From a virus, in IMG/VR virus record IMGVR_UViG_3300028800_000059, positions 32,001 through 96,000 of that record: DNA of 64,000 bases, one strand, 5' to 3'. Every line of letters starts with the position of its first letter. Positions within the stretch are counted from its first letter, which is position 1. Shown here in pieces: positions 1-8,059 of the stretch. The notes beneath the pieces were generated by a model. The model saw only the letters and a list, made by a program, of their open reading frames with translations, made no database searches and had not been told where the DNA came from. A program made the translations under genes and the position numbers.

Positions 1-205
1 CCGTGTGCTGATAGACGACTTGCTTGGCGGCGTTGCCGTCCCAGACAAGAGCCCACCACTGAGTGCCCCAAATATCAGACATGACCTGCCAGGGGCCACT
101 GGACAACTTTAGAACCGCGCCCTCATATTCAGTCACAAAAGCGCCCTGCTCCTCCTTGGGATATTTCCAGGACTCTTCCTTGTAAACGTATCGAGTGACG
201 GACAT
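1..205 (-). CDS. Hypothetical protein, runs off the window start (MSVTRYVYKEESWKYPKEEQGAF...)
   Basis: ATG at 205 with GAAAGGGA RBS; open to position 1; downstream of the conserved promoter motif at 240-276. Confidence 0.6.
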   Translation of the reverse strand, partial: MSVTRYVYKEESWKYPKEEQGAFVTEYEGAVLKLSSGPWQVMSDIWGTQWWALVWDGNAAKQVVYQHT

Positions 206-239
206 TTTGGCGTCCCTTTCGTTCTTTCGATGCTCATAA

Positions 240-276
240 TCTAGCATAGAACGACGGAAATATAATTGCGTTGTTT
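240..276 (-). promoter_or_regulatory. Conserved phage promoter motif, copy 1 (AAACAACGYAATYATATTTC-N-TCTRTGCTAGA)
   Basis: 29/37 nt identical to 7270-7306; TG-C-TAGATT extended -10 just upstream of a gene start. Confidence 0.65.
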
Positions 277-533
277 TATTAACTTTTGTAATTAAATTAC
301 GCGCTCATTAGAAGGCTTTTGGGTGCGTTCTGGAAAGCGGTATGACTGATTGCCTATGCTCTACTACCAAAACCACCCAGTGACCGTCTAATAGAGCCAG
401 GAAAATCCAGTCTCATTAGAAGGTCGTACAGCGGTCTAGAGACTGTTCTATAGGACTTCATAAGCCGATATACGGCAAAGCCGCCCTGGAGCCCGGAAAA
501 CCATACGTAATTTTATTGCGCGTTTTGCATCAA

Positions 534-571
534 AAATCCCTTTCTATCATTTTACTGATAGAAAGGGATTT
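534..571 (-). terminator. Rho-independent terminator
   Basis: 16-bp perfect inverted repeat AAATCCCTTTCTATCA / TGATAGAAAGGGATTT followed by a T-run on the minus strand. Confidence 0.8.
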
Positions 572-607
572 CATCATCACCTAAAAATTCACATGCTCAA
601 ATATTTG

Positions 608-976
608 CTAATGTGATCTGTGATGGTATCCTTCATTGTAATAAGGATCATATCCGCGATTTTGATATTGCCCCTCATTATCATATCCTCTACTGTTATA
701 TCTCCTCTCGGTATGTCGGAAATGACTTCGACTGTCCCTGTCATTGTGCCAATAATTCCATTCAACCGGACTTCTGTCCCGATTGTAACCGTTACAATCC
801 TGATATAGGAAAATGTTTCCTACCGACGTTGTTTCACAATCGACGGTTCTCAGGTAATTAGGATTGAACATGGTATCGCTCACTGGAGCGGCCGAGGCCA
901 ATGGAATGGCTCCTACACAAAGAGCAAGACCAAAAAGGGGCGCCAAAATTAAATTTTTCATTTTAAAAATCCTCAT
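608..976 (-). CDS. Putative exported protein with R/Y/N-rich C-terminus
   Basis: Signal-peptide-like N-terminus (MKNLILAPLFGLALCVGAIPLASA); tiles with neighbouring genes. Confidence 0.55.
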   Translation of the reverse strand: MRIFKMKNLILAPLFGLALCVGAIPLASAAPVSDTMFNPNYLRTVDCETTSVGNIFLYQDCNGYNRDRSPVEWNYWHNDRDSRSHFRHTERRYNSRGYDNEGQYQNRGYDPYYNEGYHHRSH

Positions 977-1120
977 AATATTTGGATTTACGTTTTACGT
1001 AATCAATTCACATTCACCAAAAATTCAATGTGATAATGGAAGTGCCATAGGCCCTTGTCCATTCTTTTAATTATACTGTACTTGGGATTTATTGTATGTT
1101 CACTTAAAGACAGAAGGAAT

Positions 1121-1573
1121 TTATATTTGGACGCCAAACTTTGCAAGTTTTGGTCCCCATGCCAAGAAATTTTGGCCGTGCCCCATTGTCTGTCCTGTTA
1201 GATATTCGTAAATATGAACACACTCATGAGCCAAGACTGAAAGGAAGTGTTTATGGCTTTTGAATCGGTGATTGATACTCAGATTGATTACAACAGTTTC
1301 TTGCCCATCTTCATTCAAAACATATCCACCAGTTTCAGCCCAGCACTTGTGCCGGCGGCGGACTTCGATTTTATCTGGCTTTCTCAATTGTCCGCTAAAC
1401 ACTTCCTTGTTGATTATGGCAAACCATTTTTCCACATAGTCAACAGTGGGACGAAAAGGACAATGTTTGGGAGATTCTACGAAATAGGCATCGGCCATCA
1501 TGGCCTTGGCAAGTTTGCTTTTGGCAATAATGGATTTCTTTGGTCTTACGGAGACAGTTACGCCTTTTGCCAT
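1121..1573 (-). CDS. SprT-like zinc metalloprotease domain protein
   Basis: VLAHECVH (HExxH) and HGQNFLAW motifs; GATAAATA late-type promoter upstream. Confidence 0.75.
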   Translation of the reverse strand: MAKGVTVSVRPKKSIIAKSKLAKAMMADAYFVESPKHCPFRPTVDYVEKWFAIINKEVFSGQLRKPDKIEVRRRHKCWAETGGYVLNEDGQETVVINLSINHRFKSHKHFLSVLAHECVHIYEYLTGQTMGHGQNFLAWGPKLAKFGVQI

Positions 1574-1628
1574 ACCAGTTTCCCTCTCTACTCCTATTTA
1601 TCCTTTGAGAGGGCTTTGGAACAAATTT

Positions 1629-2123
1629 CTAATTTTTAGTAGGAGCGTCAGTTCTGGGATCAAAAGGATGGGTCTGAAAATCATTCAATCCATTATATCC
1701 TTGTTTATCGTCCTTTTTGCCAGCGCCCTTCATACCAAAAACAACAATACCGTTTTTAACCTGTTCCTCTGCCTTTTCCAAGGCATCTTCCTCATTTTTA
1801 GTTCTAGGTATAACATAGGTTTGTGGTGGAAATGTATCGGTTGCTTTTTTGGCCGAAAACAAATCATCCACGTTGATTAGCCATAGATAGATTTTATTTC
1901 CTTGAACCATGTGATGAAGGAATTGAAATTTCTCACCAGCCGGCACCCCAACAATAGGCTGGGCTCTGAAATAATCCTCGGCTCGCCAACTGTAAAGCGA
2001 AAACATTAGAACAATTGGAATTAAAATAATTAATACCCAGCGTCGGCTTACTGTGAAAAACGTCAAAAGCCCTAATCCAAAAAGCGAAAAGGCAACCGAA
2101 AGAATAAGGAGTGAATCAAACAT
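1629..2123 (-). CDS. Membrane-anchored protein, third gene of the MotA/ExbB-like cluster
   Basis: Two N-terminal hydrophobic helices; overlaps the upstream gene by 1 nt. Confidence 0.65.
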   Translation of the reverse strand: MFDSLLILSVAFSLFGLGLLTFFTVSRRWVLIILIPIVLMFSLYSWRAEDYFRAQPIVGVPAGEKFQFLHHMVQGNKIYLWLINVDDLFSAKKATDTFPPQTYVIPRTKNEEDALEKAEEQVKNGIVVFGMKGAGKKDDKQGYNGLNDFQTHPFDPRTDAPTKN

Positions 2124-2761
2124 TATTGGGGTGCCCTCCCGCCTTCATGAAACAAGCTTCTGAAAGGTTCGGTCGTTAAATTGACCACATTTTTATCTTG
2201 ATCGAACGTTATTCGAGCCAATGTTTTTTCCTGAGCCATCGTATCAAAATCGACTGTTTGAGTATAGATGATCTTGTAAGTTGGCAGATACGTAATGACG
2301 GTAATTTTTACGCTAACTGGAACCCGTTCATCGCTCTTGGTATAAAATTGTGCATTGAAAATATATTCGCCTGGAATAATTTTATTGATGGTCATGACTT
2401 CGCGGCGATAATCTGTTTTAACCACTTGGCCATTGACTACTTCGGTATCCGTAGCATTTCCTCTATCGTCTCTATCCAAGGACATAAACCCTGCCTGCCG
2501 CTGATAGAAATAACACAGGGCGTTGTTTGGATCGGCTGCCCACAAATCTATATCGTCATTATAACCATCGTTCCATTCCAAAATGACCTGCATTTCGGCC
2601 TGCGGTTTAATGTTTTCGGTTTTATGTGGATTGATTACAATCAACAACATGACGGCCAAGATAAGAACCAGCCGCATGGTCATATTCAGGATCATATCCG
2701 TGAACCCAATATCTTGGCGATATCGAGCCCGCTTGCCTTGCTTGGCAAATTTCCGCGACAT
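2123..2761 (-). CDS. ExbD/MotB-like single-TM protein with YfaP-like periplasmic domain
   Basis: IGFTDMILN TM segment with a conserved Asp; LEWN...DDIDLW...P and PGEYIFNAQFY motifs. Confidence 0.55.
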   Translation of the reverse strand: MSRKFAKQGKRARYRQDIGFTDMILNMTMRLVLILAVMLLIVINPHKTENIKPQAEMQVILEWNDGYNDDIDLWAADPNNALCYFYQRQAGFMSLDRDDRGNATDTEVVNGQVVKTDYRREVMTINKIIPGEYIFNAQFYTKSDERVPVSVKITVITYLPTYKIIYTQTVDFDTMAQEKTLARITFDQDKNVVNLTTEPFRSLFHEGGRAPQ

Positions 2762-2764
2762 GAA

Positions 2765-3250
2765 TTACTCTTCTACTTCGTGGAAATGTTCGACAATGCG
2801 AAGTTGAATTTTCATAATCTGGGAACAGACCAAGCCAGCCAGAGTTGCCCAGAGAGCCGTGGACATACCAATGACAAGAATTGGAACGGTATCTTGAATG
2901 TTTGTGGCATGAGACAGAACGATCTTAAACGCTTCAAGACTGATAATGAATCCAATGACGGTTCCAATCATTCCAAAATTCACGGCACTATCGGCCTTGA
3001 ACCAGAAATTTTCTAGGCGAAGGACCTTTCGTTTCCAGGTACTTATTTTCTCAAAATTGAATACCTGCCAGCACAAAATAGTTTGTGCTACTAGACAAGC
3101 GCCAGTGATAAAGAATGTCAGGAAGGTTGGATCGGCATCTAAAATTTTATCTTGAATGCCGTAATGATAACAAACGGCCACTCCAAACCAGGACAAACAA
3201 TAGATGAACCAGCAAAGAATCGTAGCCTGAAACTTTTTGAAATTATCCAT
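2765..3250 (-). CDS. MotA/TolQ/ExbB proton-channel family protein
   Basis: FGMIGTVIGF and GMSTALWATLAGL helices typical of the family. Confidence 0.75.
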   Translation of the reverse strand: MDNFKKFQATILCWFIYCLSWFGVAVCYHYGIQDKILDADPTFLTFFITGACLVAQTILCWQVFNFEKISTWKRKVLRLENFWFKADSAVNFGMIGTVIGFIISLEAFKIVLSHATNIQDTVPILVIGMSTALWATLAGLVCSQIMKIQLRIVEHFHEVEE

Positions 3251-3680
3251 TTAACACTCCTGGAAAAACTTTGTTTACCATGTCGGTGGTGATACCATAA
3301 ACTTGGCCAATTCGTTTCTCCAGAAGTTCACAAAAGACTTTGCTTTCACTTGGCTCCATTGCTTCAAGCATCTGGATAAGAATTTCGGTCTTGCGTTTTT
3401 CAGTCAATCCAACTGGCGTCCGAGGATTACCTTTTTCGAACAAATAAATTCTTGGAAGTTCCAGATTGATTGAGGTCCAACCCATGCCATTGGTTGAATT
3501 TGGATCGTTTTTATATGGTGGGATTGTTTCCACAGTGTAATGAATATGTGGATGAAATGAGCCCCTAAGAACCAGAGACAGTCCGGGGCAATTTTGATTG
3601 GCAGCTAAGATTTGAAGTTTTTCTTCGGGACTTTCAACAGCACCAATTTCTTTTAGAATCTCACTGATTAATTTTACCAT
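3243..3680 (-). CDS. Conserved T4-like phage hypothetical protein (DUF6433-like)
   Basis: LISEIL...EK...L and IQMLEAM.P.E motifs; CATAAATA upstream. Confidence 0.55.
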   Translation of the reverse strand: MVKLISEILKEIGAVESPEEKLQILAANQNCPGLSLVLRGSFHPHIHYTVETIPPYKNDPNSTNGMGWTSINLELPRIYLFEKGNPRTPVGLTEKRKTEILIQMLEAMEPSESKVFCELLEKRIGQVYGITTDMVNKVFPGVLNG

Positions 3681-3881
3681 CCTAATTCCTTCTATTGTTT
3701 ATTTATGCTTTGCGCTCGTAGGCGTTGATAACAGCCTGGCGAGTGTTTGCCATGTATTTGCCTAAGGATTTCAAAATTTTTGCTCTAGGTGGAACATAAT
3801 GTCCTTCCTCAATTACCAAAGCAACTGAGGCGTAATGAAACTTGTTCAAAAGTTTTTCAAAATCAGATAGGCGCTTGGTCA

Positions 3882-4061
3882 TTACTTTTTCTCCGCCAAG
3901 GCAATGATGAAATTTTCTAGGGCGCGGCGAGCGTTTCGCGCACGATCCGCATAGGTTTCTTTCAATATTTTTGGTGAAACGGCATATGCCGCTCTAAGCG
4001 AAATATTAAATTCGAAGTTATCCAATAGATCATTCATCTGTTCGATTTCAGGCCGGGTCAT
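3882..4061 (-). CDS. Small hypothetical protein (59 aa, below the ORF-track cutoff)
   Basis: Translated by hand: MTRPEIEQMNDLL...ALAEKK; GGAG RBS and sigma70 promoter upstream. Confidence 0.55.
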   Translation of the reverse strand: MTRPEIEQMNDLLDNFEFNISLRAAYAVSPKILKETYADRARNARRALENFIIALAEKK

Positions 4062-4087
4062 GAATTATCTCCATTTCCATTTCATTT

Positions 4088-4116
4088 ATTATACAGCAAA
4101 TCAAAACCCTGTTCAA
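4088..4116 (-). promoter_or_regulatory. Sigma70-type promoter TTGAAC-17-TATAAT
   Basis: Direct match to consensus with 17-nt spacer. Confidence 0.7.
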
Positions 4117-4118
4117 AC

Positions 4119-4559
4119 TTATTCTTCTGGTATTAATTCCACAACATCTTCTTCGGACAACTTGTCATATGTGACATGGTAGGATTCATCGGTGGCATCA
4201 TAAACAAAATGTTCGTCCACAAATCCTTGAAGTTGGTGTTTGATGCCGTAATGGCGCAGCAAGGCACTTTTCAGTGCCGCACAAACGAAATAAAAATCCG
4301 TTTTAAATTGTGTGGATTCTTCGTCTATCGAGACGCCAGCTTGTTGCAGATTATTATAAAGAAGGGTGGTATAATCATCCACCACTTCATTGACAAAAAC
4401 TAACTTGTGGTTTTTCAAGGCCTTCTTGAAGGCTTGAGGACTGGCTGGATGTTCGCGAACGATTTTGTGTTTAGGAAACGGTATGATCTTTGCGCCGCTG
4501 TTTTGTGGCTTTGGATCGTTTGTGTTTGCCGTCGTTGCGGCGGTGTTCTTTTTTGCCAT
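4119..4559 (-). CDS. Conserved T4-like hypothetical protein
   Basis: KIIPFPKHKIVRE motif; strong RBS; tiles with neighbours. Confidence 0.6.
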   Translation of the reverse strand: MAKKNTAATTANTNDPKPQNSGAKIIPFPKHKIVREHPASPQAFKKALKNHKLVFVNEVVDDYTTLLYNNLQQAGVSIDEESTQFKTDFYFVCAALKSALLRHYGIKHQLQGFVDEHFVYDATDESYHVTYDKLSEEDVVELIPEE

Positions 4560-4697
4560 TTAGTTCTTTCTCTAAAAACTGTACGCAAGCTTCCAGATTA
4601 TTTAGAACAAATTCTTGGTCACTTTCCAGGTACTCCTGGAACAAGGGATTGCTGCAACGATAATCACCAGTAACATGATATCGGCGCGGATTAATTT

Positions 4698-4904
4698 TCA
4701 TGTCGAATATCCACAATCTGGACAGTGGGTTCCAGGATCACCCATGCAAGACGTTGCATATTGATTTGGATGATCGCATTCGCGTTGGAGACCTCGGATA
4801 GAGCCTCGAATTGTTTCCACGACGCCCTGCGCCTTGCGAAGTTCGCGTTTGATGACCTCGCTTCGCTGGCGAATATCCGCCTGATATGTTGGGTCGTTAC
4901 TCAT
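4698..4904 (-). CDS. Hypothetical protein with C-terminal zinc ribbon
   Basis: CDH...CPDCG; GGAGG RBS. Confidence 0.55.
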   Translation of the reverse strand: MSNDPTYQADIRQRSEVIKRELRKAQGVVETIRGSIRGLQRECDHPNQYATSCMGDPGTHCPDCGYST

Positions 4905-4917
4905 TATCGTCCTCCAT

Positions 4918-5190
4918 TCATGGGTCCAACAAATTAGCCATTACGAGCAAATTTTTATCTCGTTTACTAGGATCACATTCCATGTAATAACCTCGCATGG
5001 CCATGCCAACGATTTTAGATACATCATATCCACGATCCTTGGCACAATGACAAAGATTAATCATGGCGTGACGAAATATGCCTTCCTTTTCCACTCCTTT
5101 ATATTTGGTACGGATTTGATATTCGGGAGTAGCAAAATAAGACATTTCTTCTACAATTGATACCGCATCTGGATCGATTTTCGATTTCAT
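4918..5190 (-). CDS. Hypothetical protein (start reassigned to MKSKIDP)
   Basis: ATGA overlap with the stop of the upstream gene. Confidence 0.55.
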   Translation of the reverse strand: MKSKIDPDAVSIVEEMSYFATPEYQIRTKYKGVEKEGIFRHAMINLCHCAKDRGYDVSKIVGMAMRGYYMECDPSKRDKNLLVMANLLDP

Positions 5191-6365
5191 TTCACCACCC
5201 TCAAAAGAAGTGTGTCGGCGTTGATTCTTGGCTTTGGGAGGGCTGCCTTCGCGTTGATGCTTTCCATGACCTTTCGCAGCGCAACCTTGCCACCGCTCAC
5301 TACGCCCGGCAGCACCTTCTCCGGCTTGCGAAGTTTCTTGCTGGTCGCCTTCGCCCAATTCTGGATGGTCGTGCCTTTCATCGAAAGCCCACCGGCATCC
5401 ATGGCTTCAAAGACTGCCAGCTTGCGCGTTTTCGTATTGAACGTCCAAAGTTCCAACGCACCCACAATGTTGCTAGGATGAACACTGGTAATTTTGTACG
5501 TATCATCCGAAGCCTTGAACTTGACTTTGCCCGTCAACTGCGCGGCGCTCTTTACTTTCTTGGCGCGGGGCTTGCGTGAAGCCTTCGCCATCATTGCACG
5601 AGCCTCGGCGGCTTCGATAAATTCTTTGAGAAACTGGACGTAGCCCTTCAATGCTTTGGGCTTGGCGAAAGCCTCGGTCAACTGAGCGTCTTTCTTTTTG
5701 GACGCTGCCGTTGCTTCCTTGAGCATGGGCTTGTAAAATTCCGCGATCTTCTTTGCCTGCGGCCCTTTGATTTCCTGTTCGGCCAGCCAATCAGCCGGCT
5801 TGAACTGGAACTTTTTCACATTGAAGTCCACAAGCATCGCCTTATCCAACATTTCCTCGGACCCGGCGAGATATTCGCTTAACTGGGCCGCCATATGATC
5901 CTGAACCGAGAGGCGGGGCACTTCATTATCATCTTTAACAGCCGGCGCCTTGATCGATTTGCCTTCGCTGACCAGACTGTCAAATTTAGTCTGATACCAA
6001 GCCATACTCGTGGCTGGAAGTTTGCCGCCGCGCATCTGAATACGAGACGACCAACCAAACGTGATGAATTTCGATTCATGGACGGCATTGATGACGTCCA
6101 TGATTGCCTTCTTGGTCCCAATCGACTTTAGATATTCGAGAGCGAATTGTTTGGCGACCGGAGCCGCCTGAGACGCTTTTTCGAACATGGCATTGTACCA
6201 ATTATATGCCTTGATTAGTTCGAACGTCCCAAGTTCCTTGCCGTCATAATTGGCTTCGCTGCCAAGTTGCGACTGGAGAAGTTTCTCTGAAACTTTGCGC
6301 CCAGACTTCTTGAATTTCTTTGCCGGGGCTGCCAAAACAGACTTTGGTTTGGTTCTGAATTTCAT
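5187..6365 (-). CDS. Conserved T4-like hypothetical protein, Lys-rich, GC-rich codons
   Basis: AYNWYN and LWTFNTKTRKLAVF motifs recalled from T4-like phage proteins; 392 aa ORF. Confidence 0.7.
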   Translation of the reverse strand: MKFRTKPKSVLAAPAKKFKKSGRKVSEKLLQSQLGSEANYDGKELGTFELIKAYNWYNAMFEKASQAAPVAKQFALEYLKSIGTKKAIMDVINAVHESKFITFGWSSRIQMRGGKLPATSMAWYQTKFDSLVSEGKSIKAPAVKDDNEVPRLSVQDHMAAQLSEYLAGSEEMLDKAMLVDFNVKKFQFKPADWLAEQEIKGPQAKKIAEFYKPMLKEATAASKKKDAQLTEAFAKPKALKGYVQFLKEFIEAAEARAMMAKASRKPRAKKVKSAAQLTGKVKFKASDDTYKITSVHPSNIVGALELWTFNTKTRKLAVFEAMDAGGLSMKGTTIQNWAKATSKKLRKPEKVLPGVVSGGKVALRKVMESINAKAALPKPRINADTLLLRVVK

Positions 6366-6544
6366 TAGTCGATTACCCAGTCTTTTGCAAGCACCGGGTC
6401 CTCCTTGCGAAGTTTACGGACACATTTTTCGTGAGCCAATTCGAAATGAACGTCACTCACATCTTCTGGATTGATAATTAGTCTAAAGCCAACACGGGCT
6501 CTTGGACTGACGGCTCGTTCACAGAAGGGACAAATGACTCGCAT
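6365..6544 (-). CDS. Small hypothetical protein (59 aa; CPFC...HEKC)
   Basis: Hand translation MRVICPFCERAVSP...; TTGGAT-17-TAGACT promoter upstream. Confidence 0.5.
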   Translation of the reverse strand: MRVICPFCERAVSPRARVGFRLIINPEDVSDVHFELAHEKCVRKLRKEDPVLAKDWVID

Positions 6545-6613
6545 GACAAAACACTCCTTTACTCACGCAAAGAAAGTCTATCACAGTTTTGGTAGATATC
6601 CAAGAGAAAAAAT

Positions 6614-6688
6614 TGGTCGGACCACGGGGTGCTGCCCCCCGTCCCCCGGCTTGAAAGGCCAGTATTCTAGCTGGTAAACTATGATCCG
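6614..6688 (-). tRNA. trnE: tRNA-Glu(TTC), non-canonical T-loop GGCAGCA
   Basis: Acceptor CGGATCA/TGGTCCG, anticodon arm CTGGC-CTTTCAA-GCCGG, encoded CCA. Confidence 0.88.
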
Positions 6689-7074
6689 TAATGTTCCTTG
6701 CGATGGCAATTGGAACATAAAACCTCACATTTTGCAACTTCTTTCATCAAACGAGCCCAGCCATACCAAGTTAATTTATGGCCTATATTGAAATCTTTTT
6801 TTCCGTTAATATGATGAAAATCAAGACATGCTGGGTGATTTTCCCCGCATTTTACACAATTTAAAGTGGCTTTAAAGGCTCGCCACCTTTTTATTTTTTC
6901 TTTTTTCCTTAATCGAGTATCTTCAATATATTTAGATTTATTCTGTTGATAATGTGATTGATGATATTCCTTATTGCATTGAATACAATAAGCTTGTCTG
7001 TTTTTAGTAGGATGTATTCTAAAATTTTCTAGTGTTTTTGTCTGTTTACATCGATAACAAGTTTTTGTTTCCAT
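6679..7074 (-). CDS. HNH endonuclease with N-terminal zinc finger (start reassigned to METKTC)
   Basis: CYRC...C.QC, CVKCGENHPACLDFHH, LCSNCHRKEH; CTAAATA 5 nt upstream. Confidence 0.85.
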   Translation of the reverse strand: METKTCYRCKQTKTLENFRIHPTKNRQAYCIQCNKEYHQSHYQQNKSKYIEDTRLRKKEKIKRWRAFKATLNCVKCGENHPACLDFHHINGKKDFNIGHKLTWYGWARLMKEVAKCEVLCSNCHRKEHYGS

Positions 7075-7103
7075 ACACGTATTTAGACTTTCAAAAAAGT
7101 CAA

Positions 7104-7253
7104 GAAGTGAAAACGAGAGAAGGACGCCGAAATTCTCGGGACGGTCTTTTAGAACCACGCTCTCTATTGCGGGTGTCCTTCGCTCTTTCAAACTCGGGGC
7201 GTTTTAAGCCCGCCCCGTAAGGCGTATGAGTATTTTGGGCTCCACTTCACTCC
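7104..7253 (-). ncRNA. Putative multi-stem structured RNA (~150 nt)
   Basis: Closing stem GGAGTGAA/TTCACTTC; helices GGGGCG/CGCCCC, GAAGGAC/GTCCTTC, CCGA/TCGG, GGTT/GACC; promoter immediately upstream. Confidence 0.55.
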
Positions 7254-7269
7254 CTCAACTCACATAAAG

Positions 7270-7306
7270 TCTAGCACAGACCACACGAAATATGATTACG
7301 TTGTTT
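7270..7306 (-). promoter_or_regulatory. Conserved phage promoter motif, copy 2
   Basis: 29/37 nt identical to 240-276. Confidence 0.65.
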
Positions 7307-7326
7307 GTGCCGTTTTAGCAATTAAA

Positions 7327-7524
7327 TTACCCTTTGCAATGATGCTGATCGTGCTTTGATCCATTCACCGGGGTAGGGGCTTCATGATTTCCGCATGGAT
7401 GCCATGATGCAAACGCGCCTTCTGTAGTCGAACAATTATTCGGCCGACCATTATCAGCCGCAATTGCCATTCCAGAAAATCCCATGGCAACAATTAATGC
7501 CATACCTAAAATCAACTTATTCAT
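7327..7524 (-). CDS. Small exported protein
   Basis: Signal peptide MNKLILGMALIVAMGFSGMAIA. Confidence 0.55.
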   Translation of the reverse strand: MNKLILGMALIVAMGFSGMAIAADNGRPNNCSTTEGAFASWHPCGNHEAPTPVNGSKHDQHHCKG

Positions 7525-7614
7525 AACAAATTCCTTTCAAAGAAAAAATTCACATTGGCGAAATTGCCAATTCATCATTATATCACTTTAGAAAGGCAGT
7601 TACGAGAGCTAAAT

Positions 7615-7971
7615 TTAAGCGTCCAAAAGGGTAGTTACGATTGAGTAAAACAAACCATCTTTCAATTGCTGTTCTGCTGGCAAATCTTCGTATGGAACGA
7701 AACATGGATGTTCTTTCTTCTCCACGTCTTTCACGGAACCATATGTCCAACCGTCGGCTTCTTTATCTTTGAGCCAGTTATTGTGGCTCGCATCTGGGCC
7801 TGCGGAGAGATTTTCGGCTAGAAAATTCACCCCTGAGATACAAGAATTTTTCTGCCAATCTGGAGCCGAATCCCAATCGTTCTGAGAAAAATCTCCTAGC
7901 GATTCACAATAGGCTTTGTTGGCTTGATGGGCGATTTTTGCAATATCTTCGATTGTCATTTTAAATATCAC
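7615..7971 (-). CDS. RyR-domain protein
   Basis: HNNW...K...GWTYG..KD..KK.HPC.VPYEDLP motif. Confidence 0.8.
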   Translation of the reverse strand: MIFKMTIEDIAKIAHQANKAYCESLGDFSQNDWDSAPDWQKNSCISGVNFLAENLSAGPDASHNNWLKDKEADGWTYGSVKDVEKKEHPCFVPYEDLPAEQQLKDGLFYSIVTTLLDA

Positions 7972-8059
7972 CTACGCCCTTAATGCCAATAGGCCGGCCG
8001 CCTTCAATAAAGATTGGAATGTAAGCAGGAAAATCTCTAATTCTCATTTTTATTTCTCC

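Noticed and set aside
2198-3016. 272-aa plus-strand ORF, and similar long plus-strand ORFs (36075-36635, 37154-37797, 56386-56928)
   Set aside because: These are antisense shadows of minus-strand genes with recognisable motifs.
6679-7253. IscB/HEARO-type RNA-guided nuclease interpretation of the HNH plus upstream RNA
   Set aside because: The protein is only about 131 aa, with no split RuvC or bridge helix, and has its own late promoter. The RNA is reported separately without claiming a guide function.
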